Numbered from the stretch's first letter, positions 14,301-26,453 are shown. The stretch: 64,000 nt of DNA from Entomortierella parvispora E1425 (GCA_020891255.1 BQFW01000001.1:1240001-1304000); one strand, 5' to 3'. The notes: generated by a model not told the origin, from the letters alone. Numbers and translations: made by a program.

Positions 14301-15205
14301 TGGAACATCAACAGTGTGTTGCTCTCAGGGACCAGTTTGGAATGTGGCAAAACCTCCACATGCAACTGATGCAACAGGGACATCAAATTCAACTGCAGTT
14401 GAGACAGTTTGAGCAAAAGCAACGTTATCGCATGGACGGCACCCGGCTGGCAGAGAATGTCCCCCTTCCAATACGACACCAACCTGATACTCAAGGGCGT
14501 ATCCAACTGGCAATTCAGCAGCAGGACGACCGGGAGCAAGATCGGCAGCAGTGTCAACAACAGGGTCAGAAGCAGGGTCAGGAACAGGGTCAGCAACAGA
14601 GTCAGCAACTGGATCAACAACAGGGTCAGCTACTGGATCAACAACAGAGTCGGCAACTGGATCAACAACAGAGTCGGCAACTGGATCAACAACAGAGTCA
14701 GGGGCAAGATCAGCAGCAGGGCGAACAACAGAGCCAGGGGCAGGGCCAACAGCAGCAAGAATTCCAACAAGAAGAGGATGATGATGATGATGATGATGAG
14801 CCACTAACAGCATTTGGACGACGGCTGAAGGATGTCCCGCCGGTGCCGCCACAATTCAAGCAACCATGCTGGAAAGTTAGCTACACACTTGTGCCAGACC
14901 GAGGGGCATTGACAGTTAAAAAAGCTTGCTGGGAATTCAATGGCCCAATGGCAGCCTTGAAATTGCGACGACCGTATGATGGGTCAGAAAGCAAAACCGT
15001 TCAGCGCAGGCGTAGGCTCATTCGAGTGATTGAGGCGCATGCTGAAGCCAATGGCCTCTCCTTTGAAGAGGCAAGGGATTCCTTGTCCGTTGCTAATCAG
15101 GGCAAGACTGTGGCTAGTCTTGTCAAACGTTTACAATTGCTGTACCCAGAGATCTTGGGCAATCAAACACACGACAAAAATGACGAGCATGATGAAAATG
15201 GATGA
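11375..15205 (+). mobile_element. Crypton-type (CryptonF/Ndc10-like) tyrosine recombinase gene with C-terminal Gcr1-like domain; about 1193 aa spliced
   Basis: Join 11375-11824, 11919-12492, 12549(or 12570)-13213, 13313-15205 is in frame. Motifs: HHMLLCDEDIRGVTLSDLF, SRGKTNQEG, RHKDYRRCTVGGFAFY, PDF..W, KVTHGGR, HLGRW, MENFY. C-terminal TVKKACWEFNGP..ESKTVQRRRRLIRVI resembles Gcr1_C. Element termini not identified. Confidence 0.88.
14545..14760 (+). repeat. Gln-rich coding tandem repeat (24-nt units such as CAACAACAGAGTCGGCAACTGGAT) in the recombinase linker
   Basis: QQQS(R/Q)QLD-type units seen in both DNA and protein. Confidence 0.9.
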
Positions 15206-16044
15206 ATAAATGGCATCCAAGGGATACGCTAGATATCATTCCTTGTTTGCCTCCTCACCCCTCCCTCCCTTTTTTTGTTTCTCAGGCATCCATCCATCTC
15301 AAACCCCTTTTTTTCTCTCCTGTCTGCTCGCACGTTGTGTTGTTTTGGTAAAAAAAAAAAAAAAAATCGGCGCATACTTTTTGTGATTCTTTTCACGTCC
15401 TTTCCGCCCCTTTTTTATCAGAACGTTCGCAGGCGTTTACCCAACAAGATTCATTTCTTTTCTGGACGTCTAACCCCTTGTCTCTGACATGATGATTTTC
15501 TCGGTGTTTCTGAAGCGTCCAATGGTCTACAATACTGACTACCGCTTTTGGTTTTATCTCTGCACCACCGGTCTAGTCAGTACGATCTCCCCCCCCCCCC
15601 CAAAAAAAAAGGCTAGGATGTATATCATGAATATGACCAGATGCATTATCGTTTCTAGAGTTTGCGAATCCCTTTTCACACAGTTCTTTGGAATAAAGTC
15701 GAGACTTTTTTTACCCCGACTGTTGATATAAGAAATTCTGGTTGACAATGGACTTCGCAGATGTTTCATGCATCAAAGAAGACCCTTTTATGATTCCGAG
15801 AGACGGGATCGAAACCAGGGCTAGCACGCGTGTTGACTGCAATGAAGCCATTGGATGTTCATGTCTGCAAAGTGGTTCCTGGAGATACACCCCTGGCAGC
15901 ACACCCTAGATCAGCTCATTCTTTGTGACGTGGCTTTGGCTGACAGTAGAACTCCAGGATAAGGATACTTGTAAGTATAAGTACTCGCAGAGTCCATTCG
16001 GTATTGACCATCGCCCTCCACATCTCAGCCTTACTAGCCCCTCC

Positions 16045-16393
16045 ATGAAGGCTATCAGTATCTTGGCCAGCTTGGCTATTATCGCCGCGACCACAGCTGT
16101 CGAGCACTCTACCCATACCATCTGAAAGCTGTTTCAACGATTTTTTTCCCGGTTATTATACCACCCATACCATCTGAAAGCTGTTTCAACGATTTTTTTC
16201 CCGGTTATTATAGATATAAACCTCGACCTTGTTCCAGATGTGTACATCATCCGGTTTGAAGACCAACTCGCACACTCGACCTTTGAGGACGCGTTACGAG
16301 CGCGAGGTTTGAATATCTGTCCGCTATAAACACAGCCACTTCAATGGGGCCTCCATCAAAGTCGACTCGACACGACAGCAGAGATACCAATAA
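16045..16393 (+). pseudogene. Decayed secreted gene resembling a subtilisin pro-domain (inhibitor I9-like)
   Basis: MKAISILASLAIIAATTA signal-like start with an early stop. Downstream frames give VPDVYIIRFEDQ...ALRARGL and, after a frameshift, RYKHSHFNGASIKV, resembling I9 pro-domain motifs. Family assignment is by eye. Confidence 0.4.
16111..16212. repeat. Tandem duplication: 50-bp identical unit with period 52
   Basis: acccataccatctgaaagctgtttcaacgatttttttcccggttattata at 16111-16160 and 16163-16212. Confidence 0.95.
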
Positions 16394-16779
16394 AGCCTGA
16401 GAATGATCCTTTTTGTTTTCAATTGATCGTAGCCCATGGTTTGGTCGGAGATATTTCAACTGTGAAGACTGAGCGGCGAAGATGAACTCGGTCATTTCGA
16501 AACAAAAAAAAAAAAAAAAACTTCTCCGTCACTCTGTTCATGAACCAAAGATGGTGCGTCCAAGGCCAGGACCACTCTGAACATGGCACTCCAAGACCTC
16601 GCCCCTCAATCTCATCGCAGGAGTACTTGGCCAAGACACCACTATGAGCCAAACTGCCTTCTCAACGGTGGCAGCCAGGTCTACGGACAGTGCCATGGAG
16701 GAACAGCCAGGACGACCACGGAGAGAGGGAGCAAAAATAAGGTTTTTGCTGTGGCAACCTCGAGCGAGGCTACTCTAAA

Positions 16780-16826
16780 CTCAATTCAATCGTCGCGGAA
16801 TATAAAGGTTACGACTTTTTGTCGTG
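16780..16826 (+). promoter_or_regulatory. 47-bp dispersed motif, copy 1 (TATAAAGG plus ACGAC-TTTTT-GTCGT hairpin)
   Basis: ctcaattcaatcg-N8-tataaaggttacgactttttgtcgtg; identical apart from N8 to 39498-39544; about 200 nt upstream of the ATG at 17027. The repeat is certain, the regulatory role is inferred. Confidence 0.55.
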
Positions 16827-17026
16827 TCCTGTTTGCTGTTGTGTAACAATGATGAGAGAAGGGTGGATCCAGACGGTGCAACCTCTGCGTGAAAGGATGG
16901 CTTTGTGGCGCTTTCCTTTTTTTTTCTTCCCGTGCATATCCGCTTTTTGGTTCCTTTTCCTTCTTTCTCTTTCCCACTCTTTCTTTTTTTCATTCACACG
17001 CACATGCAAAACCAACCCTATCGACA

Positions 17027-19989
17027 ATGACCAAACCTCCAAAAGTGAACCAACAACCCTTCAGGATCGCATCCTTTTGCGTTCCTGATGGACAAGTGAA
17101 CCCGGTCCTCAGGATCTCTACCCGTGTTGATCCAGTAACCGGTACTCACTTTATCCTGTGGCGCGAGGTTCAGAGACTCTTTGACGGCACTGCCAAGTAC
17201 GCCCTCAACGACGGCTGCTTGGTTCCCTTCCTGGAAGATGATTCCTTCAATGAGTAAGAAGAGCAACAGCAAGAAAAAAGGGAAATAAGGAGGTTGAATG
17301 ACAATCTAACCTGTTGCTCTGTGATCATAGGCTGGTCCCTCAGCGCATCGCCTATTGCCCAGACGTTGTGTTGAACGTGGTCATAGGCGAGCCTCAGTTA
17401 GAGGCTGACGCTCCAGAAACGACATTGACCACAGTGGCACCCGCAGTGGATGATGACGAAAAGGACGCGGTCGTTTTATCATCCGACGTTGCCGACCTGT
17501 CTATCCAGGAGCCACAATCTCCAACCGCAGATATTGCCACGACTTGTCCTCCTCAAAACAACACCGAGTCACTGGAAGAGGAGCGCTCAGTGCCCCAGGC
17601 CGACAATGCAGTTTTGGATAAGAAAACAATTGTGCAGGAAAGTGTGACCGCTCTCCCTGCAGAGCCTGCGCATGTGGATCAGCAAACCAATGTCGCGCCT
17701 CTTGATCAGAACCAAGCGGTCCTGGGCACACCTTTCCAACTTGACGACTACCCTCTCCCGCGACTGTTTGTGCTACTCCCAACAAAACTGCACTTGGTCC
17801 ATGGCGTCCTCAAGCCCCACTGGCGACACTTTCGACTGTTCTTTTTGTGCGAATATGGCGCGCACACAAATCAGGAAGGATCTGGTCAGATCAACATGGT
17901 TCACTGGGCAAACCACAAGGGCTACGACATCAAGAATCCCGAGAACTTGTTCCCAAAGATCTTTAATCACATCTTGGAGGTCATGAAGGGAATTCAGTGC
18001 GGGAGTACGTTTACTATGGTTCCCCCTGCTACTTCAACGTCGAGTTTGGCAGCAGTGGAACTCCAACGGATCGAAGCAAAAACCACCATGAGCATCCGTG
18101 CCCTAATTGACATGACGGTCGAATACTTTGAGGGCTTCAAGAAATGTCAACCTGAACCTAATCCCGTGTTGCCCCATGACTTTCGCAAGAGGACGCCTCC
18201 GAATGCGGCCATGGGCATGGAGTGCAGGCCCATGGACACCTTTCTCCCTCAAGCCAAGGCTGGACCTCACGGGAATCTTTTCAGGACAGTGACAGAGGAT
18301 GGCGACGTCTATTGGCTTTGCCGAGAGCACTCACCAGAGGTCAAGCACACCAAAATCATCCAGCGACTTACCAAAGTGGTGAAGCTGCATGCCAATTCTT
18401 CTTTTAAAGAAGGAAGAGTGACCATCCAACTCGAAAACGAGACTCAGGCTCGACCGTTCTATGAAATTTTCGCCCAAGCTAAGGATGTGGTCCATGAGCT
18501 GGAAGTCTACTTCAACTACAACCCTACACGCGCCGGCTTTCAGGCTTTGGTGGATGCCGTTCTCAAAGCAAGATTGCTGTCGCTTGTCATCCGACAGAAT
18601 CCTGGAGAGGATGAAGTCATTCGGCGACGATGCGATCCGTTGATGGCACTCTTGGCGACAGGGCGACTCCGATCCGCTCATTTCTACCTATACAACACCA
18701 TCTTTGAGCAGATTGGAAAGTTTTCGGATCTGCCCTCATTCTCGACCGTTCGCCACCTCTCGCTTCGGGGCGGCACCATGGAACAGAACCACAACGCGCT
18801 CGTGCAGACCTTTAGGAAATGCACCTCTCTCCAGTCGTTTCATTGCTGCCTCGTCGATCCCGATCTCGCCCCGGTCATTGGCCGATGCATTGAGGCGTGC
18901 CCGACGTTGGAGAAGTTTGACCTTTTGTGGTACTGCTCGACCCCGGATTCGATCGTCAGTCTCATGGACAAAGCCTTGGCTCTTCTCTCTCGAAAGAGCA
19001 AAAACAGTGACGGAACAGATGTCAAGTACAGTTTCCGGTTGCTCAAAGTGTCAACTACGGACGGCATGTTTGACGTTGAACGATTAGAGGATGGAACAGT
19101 CCTTCTCGACGAGTCCCTGCGCAACCACCAATCCGCACGCTCCATGTTCAGCCGTCATGGATGGGCCTTAAAGTCGCTCACCCTCAAGAGCTACCGCCAG
19201 CATGTACCCCAGTTCAACCTGGGCTGGTGGGTAGAGTCGATCGACCGAAAGGGAGGCCTGTGCAATCTGCAGTCGATGACTCTGGATGGTTCTTTGATTC
19301 GACAGGCCGATCGACAACCGCTCTTACGGATCCTGGAGAGTTCACGAGGGCTCAAGGAGTTATCCCTGACCCTGCCCAATGTCTCTGACGCTGCACAGGT
19401 TGAGAGCATGAGGTGGTGCCTCGTCCACTTGGGCAGCTGGATCTCGACCTTGCATTTGACTAGAAAAGGCAATCGAAACGAGGTCGCTCATCTGTTGACA
19501 CGGGGCGTGCTTCCAAAGCTGAGCGAGCTCCACGTCTTTGCACCAAGGCTGAGAGACGACGACATCTTTTGGCTCACGCGATTGCTGGCGACTGAACCTC
19601 CTGTCGGGGTTCCAGAGGGCATAACACAGGGCTTTAGAGACCTGGGTCTGCGAAAGGCGTTCCTGAACAACATGCATGTTCAGGAAGAGAGCTGGAAAGA
19701 GTTGTTCAAGGCTCTGGACTTTTCGGCTTTGAGACTGTTGAGTATTGAATCTTCGAGGTTTGGGCGAAAGCAATGGGATGACCTCCTGGAGTGTCTCCCA
19801 CAATCGGGTCGATTCAAGGACGAGAAGGGAGGCGCACTACCTGTGCCATTGGAGACTCTTAGCCTTTGTGGGTCACCGCTTGCAACGTCAGATGAGGCCA
19901 AGGACGGGACTCTGCAGGTTGCTTTTGAGGGAAGGGCACCCTTTGCTGAACTGTTTATTCAACCCCAAGCGCGTTATAGGCCATCATAA
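17027..19989 (+). CDS. Mortierellaceae-type expanded-family protein: N-terminal D..G..ILW domain, LFVLLP..FRLFFLCE..H.GY region, C-terminal RNI-like LRRs
   Basis: Exons 17027-17253 and 17331-19989 join as NE-LVPQRIAY. Motifs PLPRLFVLLP, FRLFFLCEYG, NHKGY, NLFRTVTEDGDVYWLCREH, then Leu-rich LxxLxL periodicity. Confidence 0.8.
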
Positions 19990-20308
19990 ACGTGTGCCAC
20001 ATCTCTGAATCCGAGTCAAATGGCTGTAGGAATCTAAAAGTCCTTTTCATCAATGATCATGCAGGGGAGACTCGTGCCTAACCGCGATCCAAGTTAGAGC
20101 CATCCCAAAGACAGTATTTTTTATTTTACATTGGTCCTAAACTAATGGCAAATGCATGCTAGGACGTCTTATCTTCACCTCTTTCACTGGTGTTGTCCTT
20201 CTCTGCTCAATCGAGTGTGGGTCGTTTAAAGGGCTACATTTGGATTTGTTAACAACGACTCTTTGGAGGAACAGTAATGATAATCGGGTAATGCGAGGCG
20301 CAGCCAGA

Positions 20309-21257
20309 CTAATCGTCGGGGATGTAGTGTTCACGGCAGCTGTTGTCTTCACGGCGGCTGTAGTCTTGATAGCAGCTGAGTTCGAGGGTGCCATTGGTTT
20401 TTTTGTGAATTTGTTGAAACATGAGCCAGTCCTCATCATCAACCATCGTCACCGTATACGTGCTTGCGTCTTTGTCGTGGTACTTGAGCATGGGGGGTCG
20501 CTTCCATTGGAACTTTTCTTGGACGCGTTTGACCAGTTCCTGAAAAGACGTACCCACACGGACCAATACCACTCGCGTATCATAATCAGTTCCGTCATGA
20601 CATTTCAAGTGAATCTAGTTGAAGAGAAGCAGAAGATTGTCGATTGGTCCCAGTAATTTGCTTGTACTGTACTTGTACATGGCGTTTTACCTTATCACGA
20701 AGCACAGCAAAGGCAGCTTCATCCAAATAGCCACCAATCTGGGACTGTTCAGAGGTCCTTCTCTTGTTCGGCATGGGCAAGACACACGAGAAATCATCAT
20801 CGGCAAAGGATCTTTTGTTATCTCCACTTCGTGTGTCAACTACCAGAGAGCAAGATCATTAGAATCAAAGATTTCATTCAAAGCAATCTCGATTATTATT
20901 CAGGACTTCAAACTTACTTGATGAAGGTGGTTGCACGATAACATGAATTGTTTTCTTGGGCGGTGTCTCTTTGAAGACATCAGAAACATCATCAGTTGGG
21001 TCGAGTTCTGCCGCAGAATTAAAGTCTTTTAAGGAGACTGACCTGCGCTCATTAAGAGGTGCAACAGGAATCGAGACACGCCAAAGAGTAAGCCTGTCCG
21101 CGGCGATGTCGTCAAACTCAGGCGTCTTCTTAAGCTTGATTTCATCCTTGAGTTCACCAATAGAACTCGTTAGTTCGATTTTGATAGGGAAGGGTGTTGA
21201 ATCACCCTCAACAAGGCAAAAAAGAGTTAGATTGTTGGTCAAGGTATTGCGAATCAT
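20309..21257 (-). CDS. Crinkler (CRN) header domain fused to a PB1 domain; 264 aa, 3 exons
   Basis: Exons 21257-20918, 20839-20691, 20614-20309 splice in frame via GT-AG introns. Header: LTLFCLVEG..SIGELKDEIK..IAADRLTLWRVSIP..HVIVQPP. C-terminus IHLKCH..DTRVVLV..SFQELVKRVQEKF..LKYHDKD..DDEDWLMF fits the PB1 pattern. Confidence 0.85.
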
Positions 21258-21465
21258 GGATAATAACGCAGTAGGTTATGAGGAGGGATGTGTAATATAA
21301 GGACTGGAAGAAAATATGTACTGCAGCAGATGAATGAAAGGGGGAGTGAATGAGAGTGGAAGCGAAACGATGAAACATGAAAAGAGTCCATGAATGAAAT
21401 GGGAGGGGCTTGGGAGAACATGCATGTCAGGGGGTTGGGAAAGACCACGCGTCCAATATTTTCTG

Positions 21466-21547
21466 CTTTCCGTCTTCCTTCCTTACTTTCCGTCTTCCTT
21501 CCTTACTTTCCGCCTTCCTTCCTTACTTTCCGCCTTCCTTCCTTACT
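21466..21547. repeat. 20-bp VNTR x4 (ctttccg(t/c)cttccttcctta) in the divergent promoter
   Basis: Four consecutive units read directly. Confidence 0.95.
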
Positions 21548-21707
21548 CTTCCCCCTTCGGTGATCATGTCTGCCCGATTACTTTGTACGCAACGAGCCGT
21601 ACCCTCTCGGGGTCTTACCTCAACCGTCTCCCAGGCAAGCATTCATTCAATTATTATTCGTAATTCATTACTAATTCCTTGGCTGCGCCTAATAGCTCCA
21701 GTCGCGC

Positions 21708-22925
21708 ATGCTCAAAGTCTTGTGTGCAATCGATGGCAGCCCCTGCCCCTCTCTCTCACACACACACACTTCAGGTGACTGGAGATGTTCGACTTGGCAT
21801 TGTGCGCTCGTCAACATCCATGTGCATGACACAGGAAACTTTGTGATGTTCTATCACTGAGATACACTGCCAAAACCCCAGCAGCTGCTTGAGAGTTTCT
21901 TCCATTGGGCCATCTGATTAGAACTTATGGCATGAACCAGAGCTGGAAACTATCTTTTTGGCACTGGGAGCTCGTCTGCATCCATGTGCATGACACAGGA
22001 AACTTTGTGATGTTCTATCACCGAGGTACACTGCCAAAACCCCAGCAGCTGCCTGAGAGTTTCTTCCATTGGGCCATCTGATTAGAACTTTTGGCACGAA
22101 CCAGAGCTGGAAACTATCTTTTTGGCACTGGGAGCTTGTCTGCATCCTGGTAATCTGTCGCATTTGATATTTTCAGCAATGATCAAAGGGCACTAGATGC
22201 TGCAAAGATGTAGCTGGGACTGCAAATCCATGCGTCCCACCGCCGTTAGGAGTCCATTGTTAAGCTCGAAAAGTACTTGCCGAAAACCACGGGATACCCA
22301 CCACAGGTAGCCTCGGCATTGCGTTGCCCATCCCACCGGAGCTGATATGAGGCATGTCGATGTATTTCACTCTCATGGCCAATGTCCACCCGACCCTTCG
22401 ACAAGAAAACCTCGAGACGAAAATTATCAAGGTTTGAAGTACTGGTGGCTCCTTATGTTCGATGTAAATATTATTTGTCTCCCTAATATTTTAATATTTG
22501 AGAGTAATAGCCCTCCGGATATCAAGGTCGAATTGCCATGTTGGTAGCCATGCCATTGAAAAAGCAGCCAATTGTTTTCGAATGGAAGTGCGGCCAACTC
22601 AGCTTTCTTGATGTCGGGTTGGGATCATGGATGAAAAAGGCTAACGTTCTTGCCTGAAACTGCCGATATTGATGGTGTTTTGGACTTGAAATTCAAGAAG
22701 AGTGACCGATTTCGACCGGGTCGAAACATCATAGAGTGGACTATATACGAAACTCAGACTCAGCTTCTTGAATACGTGCAGAGCGCGTGGAAAGACGACG
22801 GCTATACCATCACGCCTGTTGCGGTCACCGTGGGATGTCATCACAGGAACCATGAAGCTCGACAAGCGTCCCCGACTTGCCGTTGTGCAGTGATCGACAA
22901 GTATCACAACATCACCCTGTAGCAA
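21708..22925 (+). pseudogene. Heavily decayed header-(AAA)-PD-(D/E)XK nuclease gene, paralogue of the 42149-43559 pseudogene
   Basis: Starts MLKVLCAIDG, identical to the start at 43559(-), then diverges. At 22526-22925 two frames give GRIAMLV..PIVFEWKCGQLSFLD..WMKKANVL / ADIDGVLDLKF..DRFRPGRNIIEW..QLLEYVQS..KDDGYTITPVAVTVG, read as a frameshifted nuclease C-terminus. Confidence 0.7.
21815..22147. repeat. Tandem duplication, 164-bp unit x2
   Basis: catccatgtgcatgacacaggaaac... at 21815 and 21979, with only a few substitutions. Confidence 0.95.
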
Positions 22926-23299
22926 TATATCTTTGTATCAACACTTCAGCTCTATCGACTCGGAAAGCAGTATAAGTCCCTTTCAATAGCGAGAGAAGAA
23001 TCGCTGAACTCGAAATAAATCGATCCACAGCTGAAGTTGAGAAAAACTATCATGAACATCCTCTATAGGCGCCAATGTGCATTGTTTTTTTTACCTGTGC
23101 CCATTTCCACCAACAAACATGGAGAAAGGGAATCTCAATGCCCAACATCAAAAGCGAGAATAAAATTTATGTATTGTCAAGTCATGATGGTACAGGTGAA
23201 AAGAAGCACAAGCTAGATAAACAGAGATGGCAAAGTTGAGCAAAGTTGAACAAGTTTTGGGCGTGTCAACCCAAAAGGTGGGCATGGGTGGCGACACGT

Positions 23300-25504
23300 C
23301 TAGGACCAAGCAGCCGCGGCTACCTGTGTCCACATCACATCCCGACTTCTCGCGTTCAAAGGATCAAAATCCAAGTGAACATCCGCCTTGTACACCTTTG
23401 CATCGTACTCCAGCGGCACCGTCTCACTGCCTGGCGCAAACACCTCCAAGATCGGCAACCGCACATCGCCCGCATACGGCAACGGCCCCACCAACCGCCC
23501 GTTCTCGACCGTCGTCGCATGGATCGCCTCAAACGTCTGCTCCAGACTCGACAGCGTCCCGACCGCACCCCCCGCAAACGAAAAGATGGACAACGCTTGA
23601 CCCTGCACCCCGCCAATCGAAAACGCTTCTACTTTGTAATCGTTGTGCAACTCGAACGCCGACAGCAGACACGCGGACCCACACCGACCATCCGACAGGA
23701 TCCGGAACTGGGCCGCGTTCCCTGTCCACGGGTAATGGCTCACATCGGGGAGCCCGTTCAGGACCACGGGTTCCAACGTTGTCTTTTGGGTATAGGAGGC
23801 TGTGCGACCGTTTTTGGTTGTGTCCACCACGTCCGTAAAGAGATCATCGTTCTGGTACAATGTGAACTCGGTCGCGGTTTCGGAGAGTTTCAGGTTCACG
23901 TATTGCGCCGCGTTGTAGAGCCCGCCGTTCGAGTTGTTGAACGCGACTTTGCTCAGCGTTTGAATGTCGGGGGTGACCTTCAGATCCGAGTACAGGGACT
24001 GGTCGAGCGGTCGTTGGCTGGGGAAGAACAGTTGCACGAGCGCCGACGCGAAATCGACCGAGCCGCCACCGTTGCCTTGGAAATCAAAGAGGATGTGGGT
24101 GATGTTGCGCTTGTGGAACTCATCCATGTAGTGCAGGATCACGTCCAGTTCGTCGTCGGGGGCCACATGTGTCCAGACCACGATCACGCCCACGTCTGGT
24201 TGTGATTTCAGTTGGTAAAACACGGTCGCATTGCCGCTGCCAAGTTTCTCTGCGCCTTCAAACTCTTGGGGTGGAGGAATAGGAGAGGAAGAAGAGGGGG
24301 CTGCGTTTGTAATGGCCGTGTTGGTTGAAAGATCCGAGTCGCCATAGTGTTCACTCATCACGCTCTTGGGAGGCATTGGGACGTAGTGAGGATGGTAAGG
24401 ATTGTAATCGTCCGCACGGTCGGACGACGAGGTGGAGCCCTTGGGGTCGGGTTTCTTGGCACAGTTCTGGGCTACGAACGAGGTAACGTCTGTAAAGTTC
24501 CCCGAGACGGATGAAAAGACCTTCCAGACATCCCTGATCGTCGTTGTGGTGGTTGAACTGGATCCTTGTGTGGAGCACTGGAGTTTGTACTCGATCGCTC
24601 CATTCTCGGGGAGGGTGGTCCGCTGAGAAAACTCGCCGGCGAGAATCACAAACGAGTTGGAAGTCAGGTCATATACCTGACTGGCCAAAGATTGGGTCAA
24701 GCGAACGCCGCCGTCCTTGGAGAAGGAGGTGTACTTGGTAGCCCAGTCGAACAGATAGGTGAGAGCCGGTTGACCATCGATGGTGATTACTTCACAATCA
24801 TCGTATCCTCGCTTGAGCCAGTCTTTGTATACGCGAATGGTCTAGAGCGATACACGAGCACAAAGAACTTTAGAAAGAATGGAAAAAAAAAAAAAAAAAA
24901 AAAAAAAACCGGTCCATCGTGTACCTGCTTGCCATCGATGACAGGAGCATACAGGCCCATGGGCTGAGCAAAGGTATACAGACTATAGCAGTCGACTAGA
25001 AAACAGCAGAGCGAAGCACATGATCAATATGCTACCCGTGCCAAAAACATGCTCCGCCATTGCAAAGGTCGAGTTGCTCCTACCACTATAAGACGCATGA
25101 GCATCGTTCAAACTGGAAATGGCTAGCGCAATATCCCGGTGGAATCCATAGTCACCATCATAATGTGTGCGCCCGATGGTCTGCAGATCCTTGATGATAT
25201 CCACTGGTGCACTCGTGAACGGCAAGGGTAGGTCTGGCGTCAGGGCCGAGTCGCGGAACACGTACATTTCGTCGAACAGTTTGTAGACAGTCTCAAAGGT
25301 GGACGAGGCGATGGAGTGATCGAAAGGGATGGCGTTGTAGCAATTGGCCACGTCGACGAGTCGGATCTGAGTAGAGTTTAGTCCACCGAGGATGCCACAG
25401 GCATCGACAGCTCTTCGTCCTAGTGGCAAGGATTCTGCAGAGAAGAAGACTGTTGCCAATGCTACTGCTGCAGCAAGGGCGAAGTTTCGCGGTGACCGAG
25501 ACAT
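23300..25504 (-). CDS. Secreted peptidase family S41 (tail-specific protease-like), about 677 aa, 3 exons
   Basis: Exons 25504-25084, 24995-24925, 24841-23300. Signal peptide; CYNAIPFD; LNDAHASY.VDCY; EVITIDG; ILFDFQGNGGGSV; ILSDGRCGSAC (catalytic Ser region); IGG..FAGG. Confidence 0.9.
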
Positions 25505-26453
25505 TATTCTAATTGAACCGCAGGTGTAGAGAAGGAGAGCGAGAGACTGAGATAAGGAAGAGGTATGTCGTTGAAGTGGAGCCTTTCTTTTATAAGCTGC
25601 AGAGAAAGTTGTGGTGAGGAGGGGAGGCAGGATCTCCGCTTCAGGTACGCGCCAGTTGTTTGTAGCGGGTGCGGACTATTCTTATCGCCCCTTGCCCACC
25701 CATCCTGTCAACTCCAGCCCAAGAGAGAATGCTCAGTCAGCCAGCCAGCCAGTCAGACAAACAAACAAACACAACTCCCACCATCCATCTGCTGTGGACA
25801 CTGCCACTGCGTTGAATGAGAAAGAGAGAGAGAGATAAAGAGAGACGGTCATATTGCGGCAGTGCTACGCCATAAAAAGTCGCAGCCCACCATCGGATGG
25901 CGATCCGTGACGACCACCAAACCTTACCACGGCTGAGTGAAAAATCCACCGCGTCTGTGCCTGTGTGCCTGGATGCAAAAAATTACCGAGCAACAGAACG
26001 ACAATGGCCCAAAACGATGGGAGAGACGAGCACGCTAGACTTGTTTCTTTTGTTTGCAATGGAGGCACGGCTTATTTATTCTGGTGGATGGCTATTACAC
26101 TCAAAAAGGCTGCACGACCATGGCTTCCACAATCAGTCCATTATCAAAGTGCTTCCGTCTCTCCGCCAGCAGTCGGATGGACTGCACCAATGACCCAAAA
26201 GGTCCTATCCCACTGTGATCGACGCCCTCCATTCCCCCAAGCGCCTCTGATTGCTGAAAGTATGAGGTACAAAGAGGGGCAGGTAAACCGGAGGCTACCT
26301 CTGTTAGCCTGCAATACAACTGACCCTCAACCAATCGTATAATCCATCCATACGGGGAGCATGTCGACCCAGTGCTATCCTTGTTCTGGATAGGGTTCCG
26401 TGACAGAGTCTAGAAAGTAATGACGATACAATGGCTGTAAGTTGGGGGGATCT

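Noticed and set aside
23227-24205. Long plus-strand ORFs (203 and 319 aa) antisense to the S41 peptidase
   Set aside because: Shadow ORFs expected from the GC-rich third positions of the real minus-strand gene; no recognisable motifs.
25865-26342. 125-aa plus-strand ORF between the S41 gene and the helical-repeat gene
   Set aside because: No recognisable domain, signal peptide or splice context.
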